Position numbers and translations under genes: made by a program
In this document: positions 18,235-27,956 of the stretch, in pieces
Position numbering within the stretch: position 1 is the stretch's first letter
How the letters are laid out: each line of letters opens with the position of its first letter
Source: Gammaproteobacteria bacterium
Lineage (GTDB): Bacteria; Pseudomonadota; Gammaproteobacteria; UBA9214
Reading direction: 5' to 3'
DNA: 59,479 nt
Assembly (NCBI GenBank): GCA_020344335.1
Contig: CP070821.1
Coordinates: 2,186,119-2,245,597 of the forward strand
The notes under the pieces: generated by a model
Database searches by the model: none
What the model saw: the letters and a program-made list of their open reading frames with translations, nothing else
Told to the model about the DNA's origin: nothing

Positions 18235-19611
18235 ATGATGCCGCTGCTGTTGTTCATTGCCGTCTGCCTGCTGTTAATGGCGGGCTACCCGGTGGCATTC
18301 ACACTGGCAGGGACCGCCCTTGGCTTTGCCTTCATCGGACAACTGGCCGGCAGTTTTGATACTGCCTTCCTCGATGCCTTGCCGAACCGCTTGTACGGCA
18401 TCATGACGAACATCACGCTGATTGCGGTACCGCTGTTCGTCTTCATGGGAGTGATGCTGGAGCGTTCGCGTGTGGCCGAGAACCTGCTTGATACCATGGC
18501 CGCGCTTTTCGGGCGCATGCGCGGTGGACTCGGTTACGCCGTCACGCTTGTCGGAATGCTGCTTGCCGCAAGTACCGGTATAGTCGGGGCCACTGTGGTG
18601 ACCATGGGCCTGCTGTCGTTGCCGACCATGTTGCGCCATGGCTATGACCCGCGCATTGCCGCCGGCACCATTTGCGCATCCGGCACCCTGGGGCAGATCA
18701 TTCCACCCTCCATCGTACTGGTACTGCTTGGCGATGTACTGTCATCTGCCTACCAGCAGGCACAGCTCGACATGGGCGTTTTCTCGCCCGATACGGTTTC
18801 GGTCGGCGATCTATTCAGCGGTGCCCTGTTGCCGGGCCTGTTGCTGGTCGGCCTCTACCTTGTCTATCTCGCTGCAATGGCGGTGTGGCGACCTGCGCAA
18901 ATGCCGGCACTCGCAACGTCTGCCACAGACCGGGAAACCGGCACCAGCCTGCTGCGCCAGGTACTGCAGGCCCTGCTGCCACCGCTGCTGCTGATCATCG
19001 CAGTACTCGGCTCTATCCTCGCAGGCTATGCCACACCGACCGAGGCTGCGTCGGTTGGTGCCGTGGGCGCCATATTGCTGGCTGTCTCACGGCGCCAGTT
19101 CAACCTGCCAGTATTGCGCGAGGTGATGCGCGCCACCACACGCATCACCTGCATGGTGTTCATGATCCTGATCGGTGCCTCGGTGTTCTCGCTGGTATTC
19201 CGTGGCTTTGGCGGTGACGATATCGTTGCGGACCTGCTGAACAACCTGCCGGGTGGTGTCTTTGGAGCCATGCTGGCGGTCATGCTGTTGATATTCCTGC
19301 TCGGCTTCGTGCTGGATTTCATAGAGATCACCTTTGTTGTCGTCCCGATCGTAGGACCGGTTCTGTTGGCAATGGGTATGGATCCGGTGTGGCTGGGTAT
19401 CATGATCGCGCTGAACCTGCAGACTTCGTTTCTGACGCCGCCATTCGGCTTTGCGCTGTTTTACCTGCGCGGGGTCGCACCGGATGACATCAGAACCGGG
19501 CAGATCTACCAGGGTGTCCTGCCCTTTATCGGTCTGCAGCTGGGCATGCTGATGCTGTTGGCAGTATGGCCGCAGCTGGCGACCTGGCTGCCCGGTATTA
19601 TCTATGACTAG
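18235..19611 (+). CDS. TRAP transporter large permease (DctM family)
   Basis: It is a polytopic membrane protein beginning MMPLLLFIAVCLLLMAGYPVAFTL. The upstream extension of the track ORF overlaps dctQ. Confidence 0.9.
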   Translation: MMPLLLFIAVCLLLMAGYPVAFTLAGTALGFAFIGQLAGSFDTAFLDALPNRLYGIMTNITLIAVPLFVFMGVMLERSRVAENLLDTMAALFGRMRGGLGYAVTLVGMLLAASTGIVGATVVTMGLLSLPTMLRHGYDPRIAAGTICASGTLGQIIPPSIVLVLLGDVLSSAYQQAQLDMGVFSPDTVSVGDLFSGALLPGLLLVGLYLVYLAAMAVWRPAQMPALATSATDRETGTSLLRQVLQALLPPLLLIIAVLGSILAGYATPTEAASVGAVGAILLAVSRRQFNLPVLREVMRATTRITCMVFMILIGASVFSLVFRGFGGDDIVADLLNNLPGGVFGAMLAVMLLIFLLGFVLDFIEITFVVVPIVGPVLLAMGMDPVWLGIMIALNLQTSFLTPPFGFALFYLRGVAPDDIRTGQIYQGVLPFIGLQLGMLMLLAVWPQLATWLPGIIYD

Positions 19612-19699
19612 CCGTGAATGCCGGCCACATTGTGACCAGGTAGTTTCCCTTGATACAGGGTGTGTCCGCGCCGGTATCGGGTATCAGCAATCGGAACTG

Positions 19700-20809
19700 C
19701 TACCCGCCGCGTACGTTCAGGTACGCCCGTTCAGAGATATCATTCCAGGCGATGACCTGTTCGCTGAATTGCGTGAACGAGTCATACACCCTGCCGGATA
19801 GCGGATCTTTCGCAGCAATCTCGGACACCACCTCATGTGACAGTTCGCGCAGTCGTTCTAGGACTTCATCGGGCAGGCGACGCACATCCACCCCGTGTTC
19901 CTCAACGAGCGTCTTCAGTGCAGCATTGTTACGCGCCGTATATTCCGCCAGCATGTCCCCGTTTACCACGTGGCAGGCATTGATCACGATGTGCTGCAGG
20001 TCAGCGGGCAACGCATCGAACGCCGCACGGTTGACCAGCGCCTCCAGCGTGGTACCCGGCTCGTGCCAGCCCGGGTAGTAATAGTATTGTGCGGCCTTGT
20101 ACAGACCAAACGCGAGGTCATTGTACGGGCCGACCCACTCGGTGGCATCGATCGCACCACGCTGCAGCGAGGTGAATATTTCTACCGGGGGAGTACCAAC
20201 CGGCACCCCGCCGGCACGGCTGAGGACTTCACCGCCGAGACCCGGGATGCGCATTTTCAGTCCGCGCAAGTCCTCGACCGAATTGATCTCGTGCTTGAAC
20301 CAGCCGGCCATCTGCACGCCCGAATTGCCGGCAGCAACCGGGATGACGCCAAACGGTTCATATACTTCCCGCCACAGCTCCATACCGCCGCCATACAGCA
20401 GCCAGGCGTTCATTTCCTGCGCCGTTAGTCCAAATGGAACGGCTGCAAAAAACTGCGCGGCTTCACTCTTGCCTTTCCAGTAATACGCGGCACCGTGCCC
20501 CATCTCGGCGGTTCCCTGCGTCACGGCACCGAAAACCTCCATGGGTGGTACCAGTTCACCGGCCCCGTACACCTTCACCTGCAAGCGCCCGCCACTCATC
20601 TCGTTGATTAACCGCGCCAGGTTGTTGGCCCCGGTGCCGAGGCCGGGAAAATTCTTCGGCCAGGTGGTCACCAGCTTCCAGTGGATTACTTTTTGAGCGG
20701 TTGGTGCCGGAACTGCGGGTAGATCCGTTTCGGGTTGCTGGCAACCGCTCAGTGCGCCACCGACCAGCAAGGCGCCGCCGGCGGTGCCGAGAAAATCACG
20801 CCTTTTCAT
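19700..20809 (-). CDS. TRAP transporter periplasmic solute-binding protein (DctP family, COG4663-like) with a Tat-type signal and lipobox
   Basis: The product starts MKRRDFLGTAGGALLVGGALSGC, preceded by a GGGGGA ribosome-binding site. It is convergent with the dctQM genes. Confidence 0.88.
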   Translation of the reverse strand: MKRRDFLGTAGGALLVGGALSGCQQPETDLPAVPAPTAQKVIHWKLVTTWPKNFPGLGTGANNLARLINEMSGGRLQVKVYGAGELVPPMEVFGAVTQGTAEMGHGAAYYWKGKSEAAQFFAAVPFGLTAQEMNAWLLYGGGMELWREVYEPFGVIPVAAGNSGVQMAGWFKHEINSVEDLRGLKMRIPGLGGEVLSRAGGVPVGTPPVEIFTSLQRGAIDATEWVGPYNDLAFGLYKAAQYYYYPGWHEPGTTLEALVNRAAFDALPADLQHIVINACHVVNGDMLAEYTARNNAALKTLVEEHGVDVRRLPDEVLERLRELSHEVVSEIAAKDPLSGRVYDSFTQFSEQVIAWNDISERAYLNVRGG

Positions 20810-21075
20810 AGTTATCCCCCATTGTGGCAATCGAAAAATGACCGTGATTGTACGCCGCCATCAGTGTGCTGGCGCGATATTTTCTGTCGTGCAAACACAA
20901 CGAATAAATCCGGCCAGTAGTCTTGTAATTACACATAGTTATGACATAGTATTCAGCGAGCGCATACAGTATCAAAGCTATTTCACTAATTATACGAATA
21001 TAAATATTTGGCTTTTTTGCAACAAATACTGCAAATCAAGAGGTTGTGTTGCATGGAGGCTTCCGGAGCTGAAGC

Positions 21076-23949
21076 ATGCTGAATGAGCTAAAGAGTATTC
21101 GCGTCCGGTTTACCGCTCTCATTCTCACCGGGCTGCTGCTCGCCCCGCTGGCCGGCCTGGCCAGTGCCCTGCTGTTTGGCCTGATCGCCGTTGACGAGCT
21201 TGGCGCACAGCGTGTCCTGGCATTCCTGGCAACCTTCATCGCCGCCTCGGCCCTCTGGGCATTATTTTATTTTTCCCGTTATTTCAGCCCGTTAAGTGAT
21301 TGGGTCGAATGCCAGCCCGGGGCGGCACTACCGGCCCGCCAGCAACGCCGGCTGGCGCGCTTCAGTCAGGATTACTGGAGCTTTTTTCTCTTATATGCGC
21401 TGGCCACCCCGGCTCTGCTATTCGTTGCGATCGGCAAATCCATCAGCGAAGAACTTGGCGAGTTCCTGCAACTGGTACTGCTGCAGCTGTCGGTCACTAC
21501 CCTGGTGGGCCTGCCCAGCTATCAGCTGGCACTGGACCAGCTCGGGAAACTGGCCGGCCATCTAAGCCTGCAGAAAATCCGTGTGAGCCTGAAATCGAAG
21601 ATCATGCTGCTTGGCGGATTCGTCCCACTGTTGTCGTACTCGGTTCTGATGAACTACCACTGGCAACAGACCGGCAACCTGACGCCCGGACACATGGCCA
21701 TCTGGCTGACACTGGTGGTGATCACCGGGCTGATCACGCTGTTCTCGATTCGCAGCATTACCCAGGCACTGGCGCCGGTGCAGGAAATCTTCCTGCGCAG
21801 CGGCGCATCAAGCAATACCGAGCTGGCGCAACTCAGCCCGCAGTCAATGGATGAAATCGGCTTCATGACCCAGGCGCTTGGCAAACTGTTCCGGCGTCTC
21901 GATGAACAGGAAATACACATGCGCGCCGTCGTCGAGAATGCCGCTGAGGGCATCATCGTCGTGGATGATCAGGGACGAGTGGAAACCTTTAACCCGGCTG
22001 CTGAAAAACTGTTCGGTTACCTGGCAACGGAAATCTGTCAGCGACCATTGAGGTGGTTGTTGCCCGACCTGATGGATGCCAATAATCGGCTATTACGCCC
22101 GGGTGAAGATGAATACGAGGTAGAGGGCCATCATCGTAACGGTGCCGCCATGCAACTGTCGGTGCGCATCAGCGAAATGGATATCAACGACCAGCACATG
22201 TATACCTGCCTGGTAGCCGACATCACGCGCCGCAAGGCAACCGAAGACCAGTTGCGCGAGGCCGAGTGTCGCTACCGCGATCTCGTTGAAACTGCGCACG
22301 ACCTGGTATGGACCATGGATGACCATGGCCGATTTACTTATGTCAACCGTGCCTGCCAGGCCATTTACGGCTTCGAACCGGCGGAGATGCTGAACCGCCA
22401 GCTCCAGGAATTCCGCTCCCCCGACCACCCCCCGGTCGACCAGGAAGCCATAGAGGAACTGCTGGCCGGCAAGGAACTTGTCAAGTTCGAAACCGTGCAT
22501 CTCGATGCCGAAAGCAAACCGCACTTCCTGAGCTTCAGCGCCAAGACCCACATTGACGAAACCGGCAAGCTGGTCCAGATCAGCGGCACCGCTCGTGATA
22601 TCACCGAGCAAAAGGCCTTCCAGCACCAGCTCTCCTATCATGCCGAACATGATTCGCTCACCGGCCTGTTCAACAGGAATTATTTCCAGCAGGAACTGGA
22701 ACGAACCGTGGCACGCGTTGCACGCAGCGGTTCGGATTGTGCGCTGTTCTATATCGATCTTGACCAGTTCAAATACATCAACGATACCCTTGGACACGCC
22801 GCTGGTGACCGTCTGCTGGTCGATGTCGCCGCGCTGTTATCATCCCATGTGCGTGACGGTGACCTGCTGGCACGCTTTGGCGGCGATGAATTTACGCTAC
22901 TTCTCTACAACATTGAACGGCACGACGTATTGAGTACGGCGGAGAAGTTCCGCTCCCTGTGCGATGACTACAAGTTCGTCGAGGAGGATACCAGCTATAA
23001 CATCACGCTCAGCATAGGCATCACGATGATAGACAGCCAGGTCACTACTGCCGAGGAAGCGCTGTCGCATGCCGACCTCGCCTGCCATCTCGCAAAACAG
23101 CAGGGCCGCAACCGCACCAACCTGTATGATCCCTCGGAAAGCGACAAGGCCGGCATGGCGGCTGACATGGGCTGGGCTGCGCGTGTGCGTGAAATGCTGG
23201 AACATGACCGTTTCCAGCTGGTCTACCAGCCAATTGTGTCGACCTCCAGCGGTCATGTACATGACTACGAGGTGCTGGTCCGCATGATCTGTGATGACGG
23301 CCAGCTGATTCTTCCCGGCGGCTTCATGCCGGCTGCGGAACGTTTCGGGCTGATTCACAGTGTCGACCGCTGGATTGTCAAGCGCGCCATTCGCCAACTC
23401 AGCAGCCTGCATGCACAGGGGCAGCAAAACAGTTTTTCCATCAACCTGTCCGGCAAGGCGTTTGAAGACATAACACTGTTGCCGCTTATACAGGAAATGC
23501 TGGCCGATACCGGTCTGGAACCGAGCTGGGTCACCTTCGAAATTACGGAAACCGCAGCTATCGCCAACCTGGCGGCCGCTGAAAAGTTCATCGGCGCGCT
23601 GAAAGACATCGGCTGCCAGTTTGCACTCGATGATTTCGGTTCCGGCTTCTCGTCATTCGCCTATCTCAAGCACCTGCCGGTCGACAAGCTCAAGATCGAC
23701 GGCGGTTTCGTCAAGGGGATGGCCCACAGCATGGTCGACCAGGCCATGGTGGAATCCATGAACCAGATCGCGCATGCCCTCGGCAAACAGACCATTGCGG
23801 AATGTGTGGAAAATGAGGAAACCCTGCAATTGCTGAAAGAGATGGGTATCGACCGCGCCCAGGGCAATTACATCGGCCGCCCGCGCGAGGCACCGTTGAG
23901 CATCGTACAGAACACCCTATCCGCCGAGGCCAGCGCACAATCATACTGA
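21076..23949 (+). CDS. Membrane-bound PAS-PAS-GGDEF-EAL c-di-GMP signalling protein
   Basis: A polytopic N-terminal region is followed by two PAS-like segments. The GGDEF motif has an I-site (RDGDLLARFGGDEF). The EAL domain shows EVLVR, DDFGSG and QGNYIGRP. Confidence 0.92.
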   Translation: MLNELKSIRVRFTALILTGLLLAPLAGLASALLFGLIAVDELGAQRVLAFLATFIAASALWALFYFSRYFSPLSDWVECQPGAALPARQQRRLARFSQDYWSFFLLYALATPALLFVAIGKSISEELGEFLQLVLLQLSVTTLVGLPSYQLALDQLGKLAGHLSLQKIRVSLKSKIMLLGGFVPLLSYSVLMNYHWQQTGNLTPGHMAIWLTLVVITGLITLFSIRSITQALAPVQEIFLRSGASSNTELAQLSPQSMDEIGFMTQALGKLFRRLDEQEIHMRAVVENAAEGIIVVDDQGRVETFNPAAEKLFGYLATEICQRPLRWLLPDLMDANNRLLRPGEDEYEVEGHHRNGAAMQLSVRISEMDINDQHMYTCLVADITRRKATEDQLREAECRYRDLVETAHDLVWTMDDHGRFTYVNRACQAIYGFEPAEMLNRQLQEFRSPDHPPVDQEAIEELLAGKELVKFETVHLDAESKPHFLSFSAKTHIDETGKLVQISGTARDITEQKAFQHQLSYHAEHDSLTGLFNRNYFQQELERTVARVARSGSDCALFYIDLDQFKYINDTLGHAAGDRLLVDVAALLSSHVRDGDLLARFGGDEFTLLLYNIERHDVLSTAEKFRSLCDDYKFVEEDTSYNITLSIGITMIDSQVTTAEEALSHADLACHLAKQQGRNRTNLYDPSESDKAGMAADMGWAARVREMLEHDRFQLVYQPIVSTSSGHVHDYEVLVRMICDDGQLILPGGFMPAAERFGLIHSVDRWIVKRAIRQLSSLHAQGQQNSFSINLSGKAFEDITLLPLIQEMLADTGLEPSWVTFEITETAAIANLAAAEKFIGALKDIGCQFALDDFGSGFSSFAYLKHLPVDKLKIDGGFVKGMAHSMVDQAMVESMNQIAHALGKQTIAECVENEETLQLLKEMGIDRAQGNYIGRPREAPLSIVQNTLSAEASAQSY

Positions 23950-24146
23950 TACCCTCCCTGGATATTGTCCGTTCAGGTGGCCCTGGCCGCGAATTTGGTC
24001 CTGTCTTCACCGTCGTCTGAACCAGACGCAACTTGCTACCGGTTGCAGCACAGCGCAATCCGGAAAAAATACTCAACACAGATTGATTGAATTTATCGAG
24101 GCGTAGTTACTCGCTCCTGCCGGGAGGTTTCACGGACAAGAACCGG

Positions 24147-26318
24147 TCAGACGCTGATGCGTTCGAGGTTGGCATAACCAACCACCAGCCACTTGGAACC
24201 GGTACGGTTGAAATTGACCTGCACGCGTGCATTACTGCCCTGGCCTTCGTAATTGACTACCACCCCTTCCCCGAACTTGTTGTGGCGTACGTGGGTACCG
24301 AGCTTCAGTGCAGCCGGGGCCACACCGGTATAGACATTGTCATCGGGGCGCGATATTGCGCTGGACGGATTGATCCTGACCCTGGGCCTGATTTCGTCAA
24401 TAAATTCCGGCGGTATCTCACTGAGAAACCGCGACGGCAGGCAATAGGTTTCGGAACCGAACAGGCGGCGGCGCTCGGCACTGGTGAGCACCACCTGCTG
24501 GCGTGCCCGGGTGATTCCGACATAGCATAGCCGGCGCTCCTCCTCCAGCCGGCCGGGTTCATCGATGGAACGCTGGTGCGGAAACAGTCCTTCCTCCATA
24601 CCGCACAGGAAGATCAGTGGAAACTCCAGCCCCTTGGCAGAATGCAGGGTCATTAGCTGCACGCAGTCTTCCCAGGCAGCGGCCTGTCCCTCGCCGGCCT
24701 CCAGCGCGGCGTGTGACAGGAACTCGGAGAGCGGGTCCATTTCCGCATCCGGATCCACCTCGTATTCACGTGCGGCATTGACTAGTTCGCGCAGGTTCTC
24801 GATGCGTACCTGTCCTTTTTCACCCTTTTCCTTCGCGAAGTGGTCGAGCAACCCGCTGGGGTGCAGGGCATGCTCCACCTGTTCGCCAAGCGACAACAGG
24901 TTTATCTCGCCGGCGATGGCAGGTACCAGTGCGAGAAAGCCTTGCAGGGCGTTCATGGCCCGCGGCGGGACGGTGCGTTCCTCGACAACGTGTATGGCTG
25001 CCTGCCACAGTGAACTCCTGTGGGCACGCGCCGTCTCGCGGACAATCTCGAGTGTACGCTCGCCGATACCGCGCGGTGGATGGTTCACCACCCGTTCAAA
25101 GGCGGCATCATCCTCATGATTGACGGCGATGCGCAGGTACGCAAGTGCGTCCTTGATCTCGGCGCGCTCGAAAAAGCGCAGGCCGCCGTAGACCCGGTAT
25201 GGCATGCCGCACTGGATCAGGCGCTCCTCGAAGACGCGTGACTGTGCATTGGAACGGTACAGGATGGCGACATCACTGCGGCGCCTGCCACCCTCGACCC
25301 ATGTCTGGATGCGCTCGATGACGTAGCGTGCCTCGTCCTGCTCGTTATAGGCGGTGTACAGCTGGAGCTTTTCACCTTCCCCGTCCGCTGTCCATAACTG
25401 CTTGCCCATGCGTTCGGTGTTGTGGGTAATCACTGCGTTTGCTGCCTTGAGAATAGTGCCGGTGGAGCGGTAGTTCTGCTCCAGGCGCTGCACACGGGTA
25501 CCGGGAAAATCCTTTTCGAAGCGCTGGATGTTCTCTACACGCGCACCGCGCCAGCCGTAAATCGACTGGTCGTCATCGCCCACCACCGTGATTCGTCCCT
25601 GGTTGCCCGCCAGCAATCGCAGCCAGGCGTACTGGATGGTATTGGTGTCCTGGAACTCGTCCACCAGGATGTGGTGAAAGCGCTGGCGGTAGTGTTCCAG
25701 CAGCTCCGGTTGTTGCAGCCAGAGTTCGTGCGAGCGCAACAGCAGCTCGGCAAAGTCAACCAGGCCGGAGCGCCGGCAGAGCTCTTCATAGGCTTCGTAG
25801 ATTTTCACCTGGCGTTGCAGGTACGGATCGTTGCGGCAATCGATGTGCTGTGGCCGGCGCCCTTCGTCCTTGCAGCTGTTGATAAACCACTGCAGCTGCC
25901 GCGGTGGCCATCGGGCCTCGTCAAGGTCCATGGATTTCAGCACGCGCTTTATCAGGCGCTGCTGGTCCTGGGAATCGAGTATCTGGAATCCCTGCGGCAA
26001 TCCCGCTTCCTGCCAGTGACGGCGCAACAGCCGGTGCGCAAGGCCATGGAATGTGCCGGCCCACATGCCTGCGGCCGGTATGTCGATCAGCTGCTCGATG
26101 CGGCCGCGCATTTCACCGGCCGCCTTGTTGGTAAAGGTAACGGACAGGATGGAATAGGGTGACAGTCCCTCGACATCGATCAGCCAGGCAATGCGGTGCA
26201 CGAGCACCCGCGTCTTGCCACTGCCGGCACCGGCCAGTACCAGCAATGGATCCGGAGAAGCGCACACCGCTTCACGCTGTGCTTCGTTCAGGGGTTCGAT
26301 TATGTGCGATATATCCAT
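24147..26318 (-). CDS. uvrD: DNA helicase II UvrD
   Basis: Helicase motifs include AGAGSGKTRVL, DEFQDTN, VGDDDQSIYGWRGA and VGITRA. The product is 723 aa. Confidence 0.96.
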   Translation of the reverse strand: MDISHIIEPLNEAQREAVCASPDPLLVLAGAGSGKTRVLVHRIAWLIDVEGLSPYSILSVTFTNKAAGEMRGRIEQLIDIPAAGMWAGTFHGLAHRLLRRHWQEAGLPQGFQILDSQDQQRLIKRVLKSMDLDEARWPPRQLQWFINSCKDEGRRPQHIDCRNDPYLQRQVKIYEAYEELCRRSGLVDFAELLLRSHELWLQQPELLEHYRQRFHHILVDEFQDTNTIQYAWLRLLAGNQGRITVVGDDDQSIYGWRGARVENIQRFEKDFPGTRVQRLEQNYRSTGTILKAANAVITHNTERMGKQLWTADGEGEKLQLYTAYNEQDEARYVIERIQTWVEGGRRRSDVAILYRSNAQSRVFEERLIQCGMPYRVYGGLRFFERAEIKDALAYLRIAVNHEDDAAFERVVNHPPRGIGERTLEIVRETARAHRSSLWQAAIHVVEERTVPPRAMNALQGFLALVPAIAGEINLLSLGEQVEHALHPSGLLDHFAKEKGEKGQVRIENLRELVNAAREYEVDPDAEMDPLSEFLSHAALEAGEGQAAAWEDCVQLMTLHSAKGLEFPLIFLCGMEEGLFPHQRSIDEPGRLEEERRLCYVGITRARQQVVLTSAERRRLFGSETYCLPSRFLSEIPPEFIDEIRPRVRINPSSAISRPDDNVYTGVAPAALKLGTHVRHNKFGEGVVVNYEGQGSNARVQVNFNRTGSKWLVVGYANLERISV

Positions 26319-26478
26319 GGGCGGGCATTCTAGCAGTGAAACCTGTATGGTGCTCTCGTGCTTTTTTGTACCTTGTCCTCCAGGTAGCTACCACTGATCG
26401 ATTAAGTGCTTGCACAGCTCCGGAGGGTCTGTTAATACGTTTGCAGAAGGCTCTGGAATTACAAGGGAGCGGGAATAG

Positions 26479-26901
26479 GTGACAGAAAACAACCTGCTAC
26501 TGTTTGCCGTGGTCACCATCGTGGCGTTCGTACTGCTAGCACTACCCCGGGCGGGCCGCAGCAAGCGGCAGCGCTCCCGTTCAAAATCCAAGAGCCTCGC
26601 CAAGCTGCGCCGCACCGGCAACTATTGGGGCGTGACCATCAAATGCGGGAAGTGCTCCGCCATTCAGTATACCACCGGCCGGAAATTTACCTTTGATGAG
26701 GCACCGATACTCCCGGTTGTCGGCTGCAAGGCACTGCGCTGCTCCTGCAGATACCTGGGGCTGCAGGAACGCCGCAAAAAACAGCGACGCAGGGCCAATG
26801 ACCGCAGGGAAACGGTGCGCTTTGACGCGCAACACCCGGAGCGCCGTTCCGGCAGGGAGCGCAGGCGTGGCCATGCCAACTGGTCAAGTCCCAACGGCTG
26901 A
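26479..26901 (+). CDS. Hypothetical membrane-anchored Cys-motif protein with an arginine-rich tail (paralogue 1)
   Basis: It has a GTG start with an AAGGGAG Shine-Dalgarno sequence. The product has one N-terminal TM helix, then YWGVTIKCGKC...GRKFTFDEAPILP..GCKALRCSCRYLGL...DRRETVRF...ERRSG. It is a clear paralogue of the next ORF. Confidence 0.7.
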   Translation: MTENNLLLFAVVTIVAFVLLALPRAGRSKRQRSRSKSKSLAKLRRTGNYWGVTIKCGKCSAIQYTTGRKFTFDEAPILPVVGCKALRCSCRYLGLQERRKKQRRRANDRRETVRFDAQHPERRSGRERRRGHANWSSPNG

Positions 26902-26991
26902 GAACAGTCGGGCACGGAAATTCAGCAATTAGCTTCAAAACATTCCTGCGGCTCTGCTATTATGCGCCGATCGTAATATGGCTATAACTCC

Positions 26992-27456
26992 ATGGCAGAG
27001 ATACTAATCATACTGGCGATACTCGTAATCATAGCGGGTATTATCTGGGTGTTGCGCGGCAGGGACATAAAACCGCATGATCGGGTGAGCCACAAGCATA
27101 AGGGGGCAAAACCGGTCGAAGAATTCGCCGACCTGGGCACCAAGGAAAGGGCCCTTGAAAAGCTGCGTCACAGTCAGCAGTTCTGGGGCGTCGAGATCGA
27201 GCAGGGCGGCTGTGAGGCCTCCATTGCTCTGGCAGGTAAACAATTTGCATTTGAGGATGCCCCCGCACTGCCACTCCCTGAGTGCACTGCGCACATATGC
27301 CCGTGCCAGTACAAGGGTCTGGTAGAACACCGGAAATCCCACCGTCGCGCCCAGGAAGACCGCCGCGATAGCCTGAGATTTGAGTCGGAAAGATCGGACC
27401 GGCGTTCATTGAAGGACCGGCGGAGTAAGTTTGATCAGTGGAAAGGTCGTTCATGA
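26992..27456 (+). CDS. Hypothetical membrane-anchored Cys-motif protein with an arginine-rich tail (paralogue 2)
   Basis: The product has an N-terminal TM helix, then FWGVEIEQGGC...GKQFAFEDAPALP..ECTAHICPCQYKGL...DRRDSLRF...DRRS. A sigma70-like promoter, TTCAAA-18-TATTAT, lies at 26934-26963. Confidence 0.7.
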   Translation: MAEILIILAILVIIAGIIWVLRGRDIKPHDRVSHKHKGAKPVEEFADLGTKERALEKLRHSQQFWGVEIEQGGCEASIALAGKQFAFEDAPALPLPECTAHICPCQYKGLVEHRKSHRRAQEDRRDSLRFESERSDRRSLKDRRSKFDQWKGRS

Positions 27457-27489
27457 AACGACCTCTCGCCTGACGCAAACGAAAACCAG

Positions 27490-27525
27490 AAAAAACGCAG
27501 GCCCTGTAACCAGGGCCTGCGTTTT
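27490..27525. terminator. Bidirectional rho-independent terminator
   Basis: A 12-bp perfect stem, ACGCAGGCCCTG-TAAC-CAGGGCCTGCGT, is flanked by AAAAAA on the left and TTTT on the right. It lies between convergent ORFs. Confidence 0.82.
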
Positions 27526-27546
27526 ACATACGACAATTACAGGCCG

Positions 27547-27810
27547 TCAGGCGACTTCTGCCAGCAGCTTCTTGTACTTGGGTGAATTCAGGTTCGCGGT
27601 CTTCGGCTTCGAGCCGCCGAGATAGGCCTCCAGCGTAACCGTCGGGACCTTGGACATGTCAACCAGCGGGTGCATGGTGCACTTCTCACAGGCAATCAGC
27701 TTCGGCGGCGCACCGGCAGGTGATTTGCCGACCGGGCGTTCACGCAGGTTCTTGCAAGTCGAAATACTCAGATAGGCTGACTGGGGAATGCAGTAAAACA
27801 TCGAATCCAT
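27547..27810 (-). CDS. Hypothetical small Cys-containing protein (87 aa)
   Basis: A strong Shine-Dalgarno region (AAGGAG...GAGGAAGAGAAT) precedes the ATG. Cysteines are at positions 7, 19, 41 and 44 (CEKC), and the C-terminus is lysine-rich. It lies downstream of hemH on the same strand. Confidence 0.62.
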   Translation of the reverse strand: MDSMFYCIPQSAYLSISTCKNLRERPVGKSPAGAPPKLIACEKCTMHPLVDMSKVPTVTLEAYLGGSKPKTANLNSPKYKKLLAEVA

Positions 27811-27956
27811 ATTCTCTTCCTCTACTCCTTCGCCGACGATCGCGCCCGCCTTATACCAGACGGAGCATGGTCACCGACCAAAAAGAATGAAAGTATAACA
27901 TATTTTCATTATATGTCAATTTATAGCTTGTTTTTCAGAAAGTTATCGGGGCAGGG

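Noticed and set aside
26319-26478. I looked for a LexA/SOS box upstream of uvrD.
   Set aside because: No CTGT-N8-ACAG match is present. The closest sequence (CTGTTAATACGTTTGCAG) has the wrong spacing and a wrong half-site.
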